A stretch of DNA of 64,000 nucleotides. It comes from Perna viridis (lineage: Eukaryota). The notes below the pieces were generated by a model. It worked only from the letters and a program-made list of their open reading frames with translations. It was not told the origin of the DNA and searched no databases. Positions 1 through 14,138 of this stretch are shown piece after piece. Every line of letters begins with the position of its first letter. Within the stretch, counting starts at the first letter, position 1. Where the stretch lies: contig CM074513.1 in assembly GCA_037379345.1 (NCBI GenBank), forward strand, positions 22,010,001 through 22,074,000. The letters run 5' to 3'. Position numbers and translations under genes: made by a program.

Positions 1-119
1 AGAGAGTCAAAATGATGCTGGAGAGATTTTACAACAAGTTTCAGCTGCTGTTTTGTTAATTGTTGGAGAACCAGCGACAGCCGATCACAAAAATTTGATA
101 CTTGGAGAAATAACCAAAG
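1..119 (+). CDS. futsch: MAP1/futsch-like microtubule-associated protein, first visible coding exon (5' partial)
   Basis: Frame from nt 2 reads ESQNDAGEILQQVSAAVLLIVGEPATADHKNLILGEITK+g, matching the MAP1 N-terminal LLVVVGE...H...I...G motif; donor AAG|GTAAAT at 119/120, phase 1. Absent from the ORF track. Confidence 0.88.
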
Positions 120-3025
120 GTAAATTGCTTCACCTGTTTAGTGCGGCGGAAAACCGGCCGGCTTCATTTTCACTTTTTTTTTTTCAATTTGAAGTAGTAC
201 ATGTTTAACGTAATGGTACTTTTGTTTAATGTTATGAGGCTTCTTAATTTTTGAATATAATTTTTCTAAATGCATTCTTCATATCAAATCTATATCCAGC
301 CGATGAAGTCATTATGGATCAATGAGTTATTGGACTTGTGACTCACCAGATGTTGTTTTTCAGAATACATTATGTTAATTGGTTGCGTCTGTCTGAGAGT
401 ATAGAAGTACACATATATATCATACTCTATGGAAAATCTCTACACTAAAACTCCTTTTTTTGTGTAGGTAAAAAGATAACCTGGATCATTGCTTTTATCC
501 AGTGACAAGTCAATTATGAATGAAGTTCTCTGTGGGCTATCAATCAAAATTCATATCTGATGTTGACTTCCTAAAGATTGAGTTAAATGACATTTAAATC
601 ATATATATGTTTGAAATGACAGTTATGTGGATTGGATGGTGATATTTGTCAACATTGGCTTCTTTTTTATATCTATATTTAGTTAGAATGCCCATGTATA
701 TATTCTAATATGTACCACTACGTGTACTTGCACATTTGTACCTGCCATTTGGTTTAAATTATCATGTATATTTGGAAAAGTCATTTGGTTTTCAAAATGA
801 GAATATTAAGTTTTAAAACACTGAACATCTACATGTACATTGTAGATATAAATCTGTTTGACAAAACCTATTGCAGTAATAGACTCATGTGTTACAATGC
901 CATTTACTAGCAAGACCTCATTTTCCAGTAACACTTTGATATTCATTTATAAAGAAAAAAGGCTCATGATACAATTTAGGTTTTGTAAATTTAGAGGCTT
1001 TTATTTTGTTGACTCTCTTTAAGTCTTCAGTTCAATGCAGTATTGCTACAATACCGTACCTATAAATCATTGGGCTAATGACTTGTGCTTACAGTATCTC
1101 TACACTAAATGAACCATGCCACCAGTTGCTCCCTGATATACACTATAAATACAGTAGTAGCAGCCTTGTATAGTGTTAAAACCAAATTGATGACAATGGT
1201 TAGTGTACATTGATTAGTTTCACATACAGTGTACATTTGTATGTGTACCCCTGTCTATATGAAGTTGGTAGGAATTTATAAATCACTTGTCTGTTGAATT
1301 GTTCATTTGTCTGAGGATTTTGTTCCAAGTACGACTCCTTTTTCGTTGTTCTTCAGATTTCAGTTTTATAGACAAGATAAAACTTTTGCACCATGTGTTT
1401 GTAAATGAACATAATTCTACTGAAGGCTTTTGTTTTTTTATTATAACTGTGGACTGCTAGGAGTTGGGACAATCCCCAGATGAGGTTGTTTACTGTATTT
1501 TTGCTTAAATTTTCCCTATTCAAAATATATCGGTACTTATCTTATTCTTACTAATTTACAAATGAGTGTATGTCCTGTTATGTCTGTAGCATGTATGAAT
1601 CACAAAAAATCTCTCGGTAAGGTGAAATTGTAAAGTTTAGAGTAAGGTGATACGATTATGTAAACACTAAAAATGAGTCATAGTATTGTGTAGAGGAACA
1701 CATAGTCTCAGTTTTGTACTTTCTGACGTTTTGAATTTTATTGATTTGACAGATGTAAAAGGTGCATGTTAGTTGTATGTTGAGACTCAAGTTAAAGCTT
1801 ACTCGAGCGAAAATTTTATCAGAGTGATCATTTGTAAAATAAAAAAAATAACTTAAGATCTTCATAACAAAAGTTACGTGTGAATTACATAATATGTACA
1901 TGCATTTTTGTGTAAATCTTTTTAATCAAAATTTTAAAGGCTTTATTCTTTAGACTATTTTATGGTAAACCATACATGTATCTGGACATTTGTATTGATG
2001 TTACATGTACATGCAAAGAAGGGTTGAAATTGACAAAACCCTTTGTCTAGTAAGATTTAATTATATGTACATTGTGGGTCCAGTTTGCATAAATGATTCA
2101 TATCCATTTCCAGTTATAGCCAAGACTCCTTTGGAAATCACTGTGAATGCAACAAATTGTAGTCTAGATGATAAAATCAATTACAAAATTTTGTGTAAGC
2201 CCGTACTATTATTTATAGTTAATTAAATGTATTCTAAATACTAACATGTATATACATTGTTTTTACATCTGAATGTAATACATATATCCGTTTTTTTCTG
2301 ACATATTTTGTTAAGTGTATTTAATGAAAGATAATAGCTTACATTATTAAAAGTGCAAATTTGCAATGTACATATTTCAACACATCATGTATGTATCAAT
2401 CTGAAAAAGCAAACCTCATGCCAAATGAATTTATAAGATCTATTGTATAAACATTTTATCTGATAACCTAAGACAACCTTTGTTTATCAAGACTGACCTC
2501 GGAACTTCAGTTTAAATACACCTTATATATTTAAATGTACTATAACATACTTTATGTCAAGCACTTGACAGGTCTTATGCAGTTTTGTCCAGGTATAAGC
2601 CAGTTTGTTTTTGAATTTTGAGAACCTTGGCCATATTAAATTAAACCCCACTAGTAGGCCCTGCACAAGGTCAATATTTGATATTGCTCACAACTACCCT
2701 GTAGTGTGTAATTTTCACAAGGTGCTAATTCTTGGGGTTTTATGTAGGTGTCTGTTAGAAAGTGCCAAAATAAATTCTGCAAAATATTTTCTTAGAGCTT
2801 AGGTATTTGGTGCACCACTAAGCATCTGCCGAAATTTTTTGCATACATTTTTGATTTAAACATATTTTATTTTCAAAGACAGTTGGATTAGACACAAGTT
2901 GTACAACATACCAATGCCTTCTCCTAAATCCTCGAAATCACCTAATCTGCTAAAATATCCTGCTATTCATTTTCAATTTTGTAAGTAGACTTGTTACAAA
3001 TCTCTCCAAAATACATGTATTTATT

Positions 3026-3790
3026 GTTTTTATACAACTGGAAAAAATTTGTAGTGTATATTGGTCATGCTCAGAGTTCATTGTTTCTTCAGTAGACACT
3101 TGATTTTCATGCGTTAATTTGAGTATTACATGTAGGTGATTGATTTTTATAAAATTTTACAAGGTTCCAAACCACAACAGGAAGATTTGTATTGATTTTG
3201 AGGAATATGGCCCCAATGATTTTAGAATTATGGGCCAAAAAGGGGTGTAGAAACATGCATTTTTTTTATCAGACAAATAATTGACTATTAATGAATGAAT
3301 CTCTTTGAAATTGTATTACAAGGTTGCCATTTTAGGGTAAAGGCTTGAAATTTTTTTGAATAAGGGACCAAAAAAGAGTGGGCAGAAATATGCATTTTTC
3401 GTAATTGTTTATATATTAACGTGAGTAAAAGCAAAAGAATTGCATAAAAATTTTACTACAAGGTGCCATATCACATATGGAAGACTGGAATTTATTTTTG
3501 GGGTTGTGACTATAGCCAAGTAAGAATAAGAGGTCACAAAGGGACCAGAAACAAGTATTTTTTTTCTGATTTCTGGTTATTAACTTGAGTGAAAGGGAAT
3601 GGATCGCATTGACATTGCACCACAAGGTGCCAATAACCCCACAGGAAGTTATGGATTGACTACATAGGTTTTGACTTGAACCTTTAGGAATAAGTGCCAA
3701 AAGTGATCACTTCGGTTCTGGTCAAATTTTTTTCCTATTTCAAATGTCTAAAATCATAATCAAAATTCAAAATGAAGTTGGTCTGACAGT
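3026..3790 (+). mobile_element. Non-autonomous Helentron/HINE-type element with internal degenerate ~165-180 bp satellite-like monomers (copy A)
   Basis: Repeated aaggtgcc...accac...attgattttgggg...aatta.gggcc monomers; co-linear with 22115-23098. Confidence 0.65.
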
Positions 3791-5595
3791 TTTGATATTT
3801 TACTAGCCTGACAGCAATTCTATGGTCTGATGGCTGATATATTTCGAAGACTGTGAGTGCTTGCAATCTTTGGTACCCCACCATACAGTACTTCTACTTC
3901 AGATCTTATCAACTTATTTTGCAACATGAAATCATTCAAGTCTTTGTTTGCATTTTTGTACATTTTGATGAAGTTACAAGAATTTGACAAGAAACAATCA
4001 CTGATCTAATTGATTTCTTAGAAATCTCTATTGAAATGGTCCCTCTTGGGTTTTGCTAATTACATTTACATAGTTATTATGCTACTAATAGGAATGAGAT
4101 AAATTTATGGAATGTTTAGGTGGGAAAGCCACATGTTTGTTTTATACATGTGTGAAGGAAGTATTCATGGCTTGTTTTTATCACTGACGAAAGTATTTTG
4201 CTCAAGGAAACTTCTGTTTTTTTTTTGTGTGTAAATTAATGTAATAGAATAATAAATTCCTTGATAGATATTCCATTAATATGAGGTGTAATTGACACCA
4301 TATGTTTTCTCTCAATTCTCTCTCACTTTCATCTGTTACTGTTAAATGTGCTTCATTGTACACAGTACACACACAACAGTAGTTTTATACTCTACAATTT
4401 ACTTGTGATGAAATTCTGTGCATTATGTTACGTGTGTATGATCACCCTAGAATATCAACACATTTCTTTTCGTTTACTTTATCTTTTATACTTTTGTTGT
4501 TTTTGGTATTGTTTTGTACACAAATTTCTCATCGTTCATACCTATAATTTTGTTACTTCCTCATTACCTTAATATGTGACCAATCGGAGATTGCTATTTT
4601 GTCAAAGTATTGCTTCATAAAACTGTATAGTGCCAGAGTACAAAAATGTAATACCCTTCACTATACAGAAAATGAAATGTTAGTGTAACTCCACCTAAAC
4701 TGTTCCACAGATTTTGATAAAACTTAAAATGAGAATTTGTTACCATGTTTACATTTTCATGAAGGAAGACAATTATTCTCATATTTTCAAAGGTTTTCAT
4801 GTTGAAATTCCAAGTAGGAGCTGGATATCCTTTTGTGCAAGCTTCATACAGCTGCAGACACTCATTTTATTTCTTGCTAACCTAAAAAATCACAGATATG
4901 ACTAAATTCAAATGTTGTTTCACAATCAGATTTAACATTTTATTAACTCATTCACTTTTCCCCAACATTACCAGATTCTTGCAATTCCTGAGAGTGCTTT
5001 TTGCACTATGTAGGGTGAGTCTTGAATTGGAGAATGCCTTATGAGTACTGTTATAGATTTCATCTGGTTTTCATGATAGCTGAGGTGCTTGTTTCAAGAA
5101 CATGTTCTCATCATGCCTTTATGGCTTCTGAAATATTAGATCTGGCAATTTTTTCCCTCAATCAAAAAAGTTTTAAATTTTGATTAATTAGAATAAAAGT
5201 TTCTATTCCCCACATTCAGTGTCTAGACTCTGCCTTCTCTCACTCTTGTTAGGGAAGCAGCTTATGAATTGATTTATGTTGCTCCCCTGATGAGTCTTTG
5301 ACATTGGAATAAGTAGATGAGTTATGGTTTGATAATTGAGATATTATTATTAATTGACCATATGTTTGGAGGGGGTTGATAATTCTGATGATACACTCAT
5401 TGGAAATAAATGATGATAGCATATGCATGTTATGATAAGTCTGACATGTGGAGATGGAGGTCATATGGTCACTTCATTAGAATATTGATCTTTTATTTGT
5501 GTTGGATATGACAAGGAGGGATAGAGATCATAGGTCACATCTTCACCATCCTGGACATAAATTTGTAGGTAAACCTATTGTCAAAGATGCTTTTG

Positions 5596-5864
5596 AGTAG
5601 CAGTCTTTATTAAAATCAGACAGGAGTCCAAAATGGTAAGTGTAAAATTAGTTGTAAGTTACGACATCATAGTAAATAAAAGTATTGTGACGTCATAACT
5701 TACGACTAATTTTACTCTTACGATTTTTTGTGAAAAGGGCCACTGAATCATTAATCGACCACATAACCAATCTTAGTTTTTTCATTTGGATGTTGCGCTT
5801 TGAGATAAAATTTGTATACAAATGTAGGTAGTACTTGAAATTTGCACTGCAAGAGTTATCTCTT
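5596..5864 (+). mobile_element. Dispersed ~200-bp repeat family, copy 1, interrupted by a palindromic MITE
   Basis: agtagcagtcttta..aaaatcagacag...cacataa.ca.tct...ttgcgcttt...agagttatc shared with 45616-45820. Confidence 0.7.
5630..5745. mobile_element. Nested palindromic MITE remnant (Harbinger-like end; superfamily tentative)
   Basis: Arms 5636-5673 and 5683-5721 are complementary; right end ttttgtgaaaagggccactg. Confidence 0.65.
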
Positions 5865-5869
5865 AAATG

Positions 5870-5956
5870 TAATAATAATAATAATATAATAATAAAACTT
5901 TATTTTGAGAGGGTAATACAGTTAGTTTACAAGAACTAATCTTCTCTGAGGCCCTC
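5870..5956 (-). mobile_element. 3' tail of a CR1/L2-type non-LTR retroelement
   Basis: Minus strand gagggcctc...gattag...ctaac...accctctc stem-loop, AATAAA and (TTA)n tail. Confidence 0.6.
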
Positions 5957-7220
5957 ATGCAACACAAATGGAGTCAGAAATTATGTACACATAAGTCTGT
6001 TTACAAACATGACATAATAGTACTAGAAAAACAAACAAACAAAACAAAACAAAACAAAAGTAACTAATTCCAATAAACCATAAGGACTATAATACGACTA
6101 TTATGGCTTGGGACAGACAGGTCACACATATATTTTTTTATTTGGCCACACTTACCATGCAATTGGATTATAAATCTGTTTTATTTTCCAGTTCTCAGGA
6201 AACCTAACCTGTCTCGGGATTTCTAGGCTATGCATCATGCTTCCAATGTTAGGCAATGATTTGCAAAGTCATCCTGTTAACCAAAACTTGAAAGTTTAAA
6301 TAGTTCAACACTATACTGCAATTCAGACAGTAGTTCTTTATTGAAGTTATCAAATCAAAATCTCATTCTTTACTTACAGATTTTGATGATATTTCTATGC
6401 TTGTTAGGTAAACATAGATATATTATATTTGTCAACCTCTTCTCTCTTTTACTTTATACAATGGAGTGTTGTGCAAATAATCGTGTGATCATTGAAGAAT
6501 CCATTCAACTTTAAAAGTGGTTGAAATTTGAGTTTATACATGTATTCCTGAACATGCATTTCAGTCCTTTAGGATCTTCATGAGATTTTAAAAGCATAGC
6601 TGGCAAGTTTTGATACTCCAGTTTTATAAAAAGTAAAATGATTTGTCTATGGTCAAAGGTGAAGGGAAAAAAAATAAGTAGATTTTGGCTGAATGTAATG
6701 TCTAGGTCAAATTTCTAATCTTTTTACTGCCTTGATTGTTCTCTGTTTTGAGGAAGGGGGTCTAGCTACATTACTTGTAACTTAGTAGAGGATTTTAAAA
6801 TAAACATATGTGCACATGTACGAGTTTTGAGATCACCTGTTTGTTTTAAGGAATAAACCAATTTTAAATCTTTAGAGAAAACATTAGTGTTGGAGCAATT
6901 AAAAGCTGGAATAACCACCTGAGGGCTACATGTATGACATTTTCAGTTTTGCTGTTCAATTACCTATTTCCTCCTATATAGGACAAATGTCCCTGTATTA
7001 GGATGTGTCAAGTTCAATAAATATTCAAGTAGAATCTAATTATACAACAATAAGCCAAATGTCAGTACAATTATCTGGTGATAATTTGATTATCAAGATT
7101 ATGAAACAAATTATATGAATATCACTGTTTAAAGCATCTGTCTGGTAGTTCTCAATGTACAGTCAATCGCCTTATTTTCCCTGAAATGTCTAGAACTACA
7201 ATGTATACTTTATCAGACTG

Positions 7221-7453
7221 AGGCCACATTTGAAAATATGATTGTTTCCTCTCTTCTGACCCCTCATCACAGAAAAGGTTAGGTACATTTTAGGTAGGCT
7301 CCAAGTTTTTTTTTAAAGAACATGGTATATGATCCATCAGGTGAAAATGAAATAATAAAAAAGAGGAAAAGGCAATACAAACTTTTGGGGAAGGGATCAT
7401 TTTCAGTGGGTAGGTACGCAGAGGGGAAACAAATCATTTTGTAATTCAGGCCT
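7221..7453. mobile_element. MITE with AGGCC...GGCCT termini
   Basis: aggcc...atgattgtttcctctc / gaggggaaacaaatcat...ggcct inverted ends; a similar element lies at 36420-36604. Confidence 0.6.
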
Positions 7454-7715
7454 GATATAGAAATGTCAAGTTCAGAGGATTCTGCTGTTAGTTACTATAG
7501 ACTAGTAACCGCTAATAGATTACTATGGCAAAAAATTGAGCCTGGTCTAGTCTAGGGTGACATTGGCTAATTTTGCAGGATACAACTTTTTATCAAATTA
7601 TATGCAAAATTCTTTTTATAAAAATCTATATTTATATAAATCTGCATAATATATCATAATCAACAAATGTAGAACCTTTCAAGGTTATAATATTTATTCA
7701 TAAACCTAGATTCCA

Positions 7716-8604
7716 TGAATTATTACAGAAAACATGCAGAAAACTTTATTTCTAAGGTGAGATTGCAAGAATTTTTTACTACATGTAACCATTTGTTTTA
7801 GATTTAGTATTGATATCCTTTTTAGGGAATGTGAATTTTGACACATTGAATTCCTTTTCTATGTTTGCATGACATTGCTTAAGAGTGAATCAAATGAAAG
7901 TACACACAGACACTCTGTTTGTTTAGAATGATTAAAGCTGAATTCATTGGTGAGGTAACTCATCTAAAAGTGTTTTGACATGTAAAACCTGACAAGTGAA
8001 AAATGTTCGAAATGTTGGTTGATGTATTCCTTTATCAAGGAAACATTTTAGGTGGAAATTGGATGTGTAATTATATTATAGATATGAAATCACTTCATTC
8101 TTTAATGACTTATTGTTTTCTGTGTAATTTATTAATGGTGCTTCAATTTATGCCTGTAACGATCATAATACTTGTACTTACATGTATAAAGTATCTTTAT
8201 TAAGACAAGTAAACATAGATAATTTGATAGGGAAAGTATTTACAAGACTACTTTTATGTATAGTTGCTGTACACAACATATGTTCTATGGAATTTTTAAT
8301 GTGCCATATATACATATGGTATTACAAATTTGGGTCGTCTTGTCAACTTCCACTAAACTATTCACTGGAATTTTTTGAAATTTTATATGGTTTTGCATTA
8401 AATGGGGATGTGCATGAAAATATTCTTGGAATGGGAGATGATTGTACTTAAAGGGCCTTATGAAGCTCATCTCCTGAATTATTACAGAAAACATGCAGAA
8501 AACTTTATGTCAAGGAAATGGCAACAATTTTTTACTTCATGTAACCGATTGTTTTAGATTCGATATTGATATCCTTTTCAGGGAATGTGAATTTTTTGTA
8601 CACA
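7716..8604 (+). repeat. Local direct duplication of ~130 bp (7716-7845 and 8475-8604)
   Basis: tgaattattacagaaaacatgcagaaaactttat...tattgatatcctttt.agggaatgtgaatttt in both copies. Confidence 0.85.
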
Positions 8605-9616
8605 TATTTTTGTTTAATATTTTCCATATGTTCAACTAAATCTTACCCAAACGTTTGGTAGCCCTGCTCAAAATCTAGTAGCCATGGGCTACTGGGCTAC
8701 TGCTAATTTTTATCCCTGTTGGGGGCTGTATATTGTTATGAATGAACATGACTTACTGACTTTGCTTATTTTGTAATCTAGAATAATATGAAAAAAGCAC
8801 TACCATGAATATTTACAGAAAAGAATTTGTTTTAGTCTTACAATGAGTTCTAATTGTAAGCATCATTTGTGATGTGCTGAAATTGCTTTATTGTATCTGA
8901 TAAGTTGCCCTATTTTTCATACACTATATCAGTGTGTGACCTTCAAGAACTCCAGTTATTTTCCTGTTGAAAATGTATCTTAGGTCATGTAGGTCTGAGA
9001 AAACTTTTACCTGGTTAATACATGTACATGTACGAAACTTCCCGGCTTTATTAACATAAATTATTTTTTGTGGTATTTGACTAGACTGAATATATGAAAA
9101 CTTGTGACCATCAAACTGTACAAACACCATACATTTGTATATCTACAGGGTTATTGTCTCAGTCTCCACTTCCTTCTGTAATGTTAGAATGTGTAGGATA
9201 ATATTTGTTTTTAGTCTACAAGACCATCTGTTTTGACAACTGTAACTGAAGTGTTTGCTCTCTGAACTAATGATTATTTTATCATGACCTCACACACATA
9301 TTCCAGGACTGTTCTTTATTGTATTATTTTTTTAGAACTATTGGGAAACAGCTGATCAATTTCTACAACTTGATCTGTCAATCATTTTCTTAATCATTAC
9401 TCTTGTGTCTTATGTTTTCAGTTCTGCAATGATTTAGCTGCTTGAAAATTGAAATACCATTGTAACTTCCTCTTTTTCAAACTTTATTTCAATGCTTGAT
9501 TTTTATGATTTTCAAATTTCTGTATTCTGTGACAGTGTTCTTAGACACTTCCTCTTTGATTGGAATGAGGTCAGAATACTGTGGGTTTCAAAAAAATCTC
9601 ATGCTATTTTACTTAT

Positions 9617-9866
9617 TTTCATTATAATGTTTTTCTTGGGAAAGTCTCGATTTCATGTCATTTAGAGAAATGGGAGTTTTTAGTTCAGTTAATTTAGTTT
9701 CATTATAATGTTTTTCTTGGGAACATCTCAAATTCATATCATTTAGGGAAATGGGAGTTTTGAGTTGATTTAATGTACAAAATGTATTTTCATTGTAATG
9801 TTTTTCTTGGGAACTTTGAGATTTCATATCATTTTGGGAAATAGGAGTTTTGAGTTGAGTTAATGT
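9617..9866 (+). repeat. Three tandem copies of an ~80-90 bp unit
   Basis: tttcatt.taatgtttttcttgggaa...tttcat.tcattt.g.gaaat.ggagtttt.agtt repeated three times. Confidence 0.9.
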
Positions 9867-10573
9867 ATCTGTGTGGAATGGAATCTCTTTATGTGGACTG
9901 TTATGTCAGTGAAGTTCTAATTCAAAACAGGATTATTTGATTACTTCAAATCATGTTTCTGGAAAGCTTGAACTATCTTCAAATCGATAAAGAACCACTA
10001 TTAATCTATGAACAATAGGCCAAAGATATGTTTATTTTCATAGCCAAATAGCCCTTCATATTCAACTAAAGAATTGTATTTGAAAAAGGTCTTAATTGTG
10101 TACAAAAAATCTCAATTCTGAAATGAATGCTCCAAAGATATACCTTCAAGTGCCTTGTTTTGTAAATCATTTCCTGATAATTGGTATACACCAATACCTG
10201 AAGTAAGAAGCCAATTCGGCTTCTGACAGAAGCTTATGTGAAGCAATGTTGACTGACTCATTGATCTTACATGTATGTCTGGCCTTTATTGATTGTACAT
10301 GTAGTTAACTGTCTGGAAGGAAATCAATCGATTTTCTTCATGCAATCTGCCAATATAATGCTGTAATCTGCAATAACTGTTATGAAGAGCTATATCCTCA
10401 TTCCATTGCTCTTCAGGGAAGCTTTTAGCAATGTTTTATATTTGTATATAGGTTAAAAGTTCAATTAAACATCAGGGATTGTCATGTTTTTGTTGCATAA
10501 GTCAAAAGTTCTAATGGTTGTTTTAAATGAGTATCTATTCAATATTACTTTGTCAGTGTTTTGACGAGGTAGA

Positions 10574-11216
10574 AAGAGTAATCAAGGAAACCAAGGTTAT
10601 AGCGGTAATCAAAAGAATGCAATCCAGGGACAAAGACCAGACTTGGAAAACAGACATACACAACAAAGAACATAAAGTAACTAAAATCATACATACAAAG
10701 TAACAAAAGTAAATGAGCAACTCGGACTCCACTAAAAACTGGGAGCATGGACCAGGTGCACCAGTAGGGTAAGCGTCTTCTGCTTTTCTAGAAACATCCG
10801 CCAAGTTGCTCATAAAAAGTTAAGTCTGGGGTAGACAAATGAGAAAAGGAAAACTTTGAACCGTTGAATAAATCAGTTTTCATGGTGCAGATGGATGCAC
10901 CATAACGATCCACGAGTTCATAATGATAACCATAAAACTTCTGTAATGATGACTTTAATCTTGTAACAACATAACCCTGTTGCAGAAGCCTATTTGTTAG
11001 AGTTCTATCGCGATGCAAAAGTCTGCGTGGTTTCGGCAAGCTCTGGCATAACATATAAGTTGTGATATGAACACTCCATATGCAGATGCTGAAGGGATGT
11101 TGCTACAGATGAAAGGAAAGTTGACAATTCTGAATGAAAAGTCATCATGTTTGTCATAAAGTTTGGTCAATAGTTTTCCTTTACCATCGATTTCTAAGTG
11201 TAGGTCAAGATATGAG
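10574..11216 (-). mobile_element. 5'-truncated Penelope-like retroelement (RT C-terminus plus 3' terminal repeat), probably Naiad-type
   Basis: Minus strand reads SYLDLHLEIDGKGKLLTKLYDKHDDFSFRIVNFPFICSNIPSASAYGVFISQLICYARACRNHADF, frameshift near 11020, then LHRDRTLTNRLLQQGYVVTRLKSSLQKFYGYHYELVDRY; no GIY-YIG follows the RT. Confidence 0.88.
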
Positions 11217-13922
11217 AAAAAGATGGAATAAATCCTGACCAGTTACTTCAGCTTTTGAAATTTATTAGTTGTTTTGTTTTTTCTTTCTCCGTTAACAGGG
11301 GTGTGTTTTATTGTACACAATCAATTGTTTGGAGAATTGATGAATTCTGTAGAGGCGAAAATTCTATTACCCTCTCCTTTCCTAGCCTACAATCTACACA
11401 CATAAAATTCACACTTCAAGATATGATGGGTGAAGGAAGAAAGTGAAGTGATACTATCTAGAAAGTTTACATTGATTGATGGTGTATATACTTCACACAG
11501 CCTTGATCTCATTGATAAAAACTCTGTCAAGCACTTCATTTCTCATCAACATCTGGTTTTCCACTGCACAAGTTGGTTTCCTAGAGTTGTTCATTTCAGT
11601 GTATTGAATTGTAATGTGTTTAGAGCACCTGCATATACATGTACTTGTAGGGGGTCCATATTTTCTTTCTGTAAACTTAATACAAGTACCAATTCAACTA
11701 AGAGTGCGTTTTCCGTCCATAAAGCACAATTATTTGCAGCTTCTTGTGCCTGAGTGTTTTCCGTTACTTTTTTTTCATGTGCTGCTAGCTCATTATTATA
11801 ATGAGGGTTATGTGCATTATTTTTGGTCTGATTGTGTTTATGGTCGATAATTACTTTGTAGGGTGGAGCAAAATACTGTTAACAGATTCATGGTATCAGA
11901 CAGTTCCATTCCCAAAAACAATACATGTATAGCTTTTCCATTAACAAGAGCACTGATGAACATTGATTTTGGGTCTTCTTTTTCACACCAGATGAAGGAA
12001 TAATCTATTGCCTGGGAGAGTTAGCCTTTCAAGAAGACTTCAGCAAAGCTGTCCAAAATTATTGTGAAAGAAGTCTTGAAAACAAATTATATATAATTTT
12101 GTTCAAAATGTGTTGTTGAAAACAAAATTTCATACAGCTCAAGAAAAATGTCAACATAGCTCTGCTCAAGAATTATTGTTCCTCAATGAACATTAAACAT
12201 TTCTATAAAAAGCAATGTACATGTATGTCTTATGCTATAGTTATTCATGGTATTTGAAAAAGAATCTTGAGATGAAAATATTTATGGAAGCAGTTAATCA
12301 GATGATTGTCATTTAATCAAGGAAAGACCAACTCTCTCTCCTGAACAGCATCATTGTTTTGCTATGATGATATTTAGGAAGATGTACAGGTCATGTAGAT
12401 GGCATTGATGAAACTGGAAACATTGTAACACTTAGATACTTCCTGAATTATGGTCAAAAAAGGGGCAAATTTTAATCATTAACATAGCAGACACGACATG
12501 ACCTTAATAATTTACAAATGATTTCTAGCTCTCCATTTCTTTGATGCTAATCAAAACCAACAGGTAAGAACTAGTTAGAGGATGAAACCAATCTTACTGG
12601 CAGATGGCATTGTTAATTTGTTGGAAAGATGTTGGCAGATGATCAGAAATCATCAATATAGGAGTGCAGGAACATTAAAATAATTAAAAAATGAAAACGG
12701 TATGTTTGTCTGTTATTGTTGTTTTATTGGAAATAAGCCACTTCTCCTGTTCATGAATCCTTAACTGACTTCTGTTTTGTCTGGATTGGTTTTACTACAG
12801 GAGAAAGCGTTTTCTTGTAAGAATTACTCATCTTCAGTATTATATTAGATAATTTACGTACATGCCTGTGTTCCATTTTAATTATATCTACAATTATTTT
12901 GATGTTCAGTCCAGTATGAACTGATATATATCTTGTTGAAATTTTGGACAGTTGCCTTTCTGGCAGAGTGTCATTGCCAACAATCTTAGCCAGAGTCATA
13001 GGATTGTTGCTGGTATATGATGATACAGGTACAACTTCCCCACGGTCTTGGCGAGTACTTCTCATCAGGATGTTTCTTTAATACATCATTATTAGCTAAC
13101 ACCAGTAGTGAGATGTACCTATAGTGTTGGCTCTGGTGCTATTGAAGTTGAATTAAGTCATTGAAATACGACTACAAGTTTTTTTTGTACATATTCTATA
13201 TCAGTAGCTTTTAATTTGATATTTAAAGCTGTTATTACAACATATAAATGTACTTAGATATACCTAGCTAGCAAGTAGAAATAGTTTCTACTGGAATAAT
13301 TGAATTTCAACTTGTATTTAGCAAGTATTTCCCCTTAAATTCGATCCCTGCATGTACTATGTATTTTGAAGAAACAAAATTGTGCTAGTAGATCAATGGT
13401 ATGCTGCACATAAGTGTTTTTTTTTAATTGGAATAAAATATTCGTACATGTGTGTTTCTGCTACATCCATCAAAACTTCCATTTTTGACAATCAGGTCTG
13501 GTATATACATATGTATGTATGTATGTTAACAATAGCACTTTCATGCTACTTTTCAGTCCAATACCTCTGCATGACAAGTCAGGGTTAGATTGTTATCTTC
13601 ATGACTATTGGTCTGTCACACTGAGTGATGCTTTCTAGAAGATCCCTTAAAATTTGAACACAATGATTAGGACCATACAATACAGATCATGTTTAAATTT
13701 GGTGCACACTTTTAGTGCCTTAATCATTCTGGAGTTTAGGCCTGTTTTTTACTACGTTGCATATTTTGAATTTCTTTATATCTCATTACATCTGTCCTCA
13801 ATTTTGAGTTGGAGACATGAAACACAGGTTCTTGAACATCAGTACAAATTTTGACAAATGAATTAATATATGGAATAACTACTTATTGTACCTCTGCTTA
13901 TTTTCAGTAACTTGTTCAGTTT

Positions 13923-14138
13923 CTACACAGGAAAAATTATTTCACGTGATTTTGACATGAATTTCACATGATTTTCACCTGAATTGAGCAAATGAACTTC
14001 GTGATAAATTTCACGTTAAATTCAGGTGAATCGAGTCTTCACATGAATTGATAACAGGAAAGTCGTGTTAAGTGAATTTCAGGTGAAAATCATGTTAATT
14101 TCATGTGAACTTCACATGAAAAATATTTGCCTGTGTAG
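13923..14138. mobile_element. MITE with long imperfect TIRs and repeated ttcac(g/a)tga subterminal motifs
   Basis: ctacacagg...cctgtgtag termini; about 60 bp of arm complementarity. Confidence 0.8.

Noticed and set aside
10545-10813. 67- and 86-aa ORFs as small genes
   Set aside because: They lie in the non-coding terminal repeat of the Penelope-like element.
10574-10830. SECIS or hammerhead ribozyme in the PLE 3' end
   Set aside because: No in-frame UGA in the visible RT, and I could not identify SECIS or hammerhead (CUGAnGA/GAAA) cores in the right geometry.
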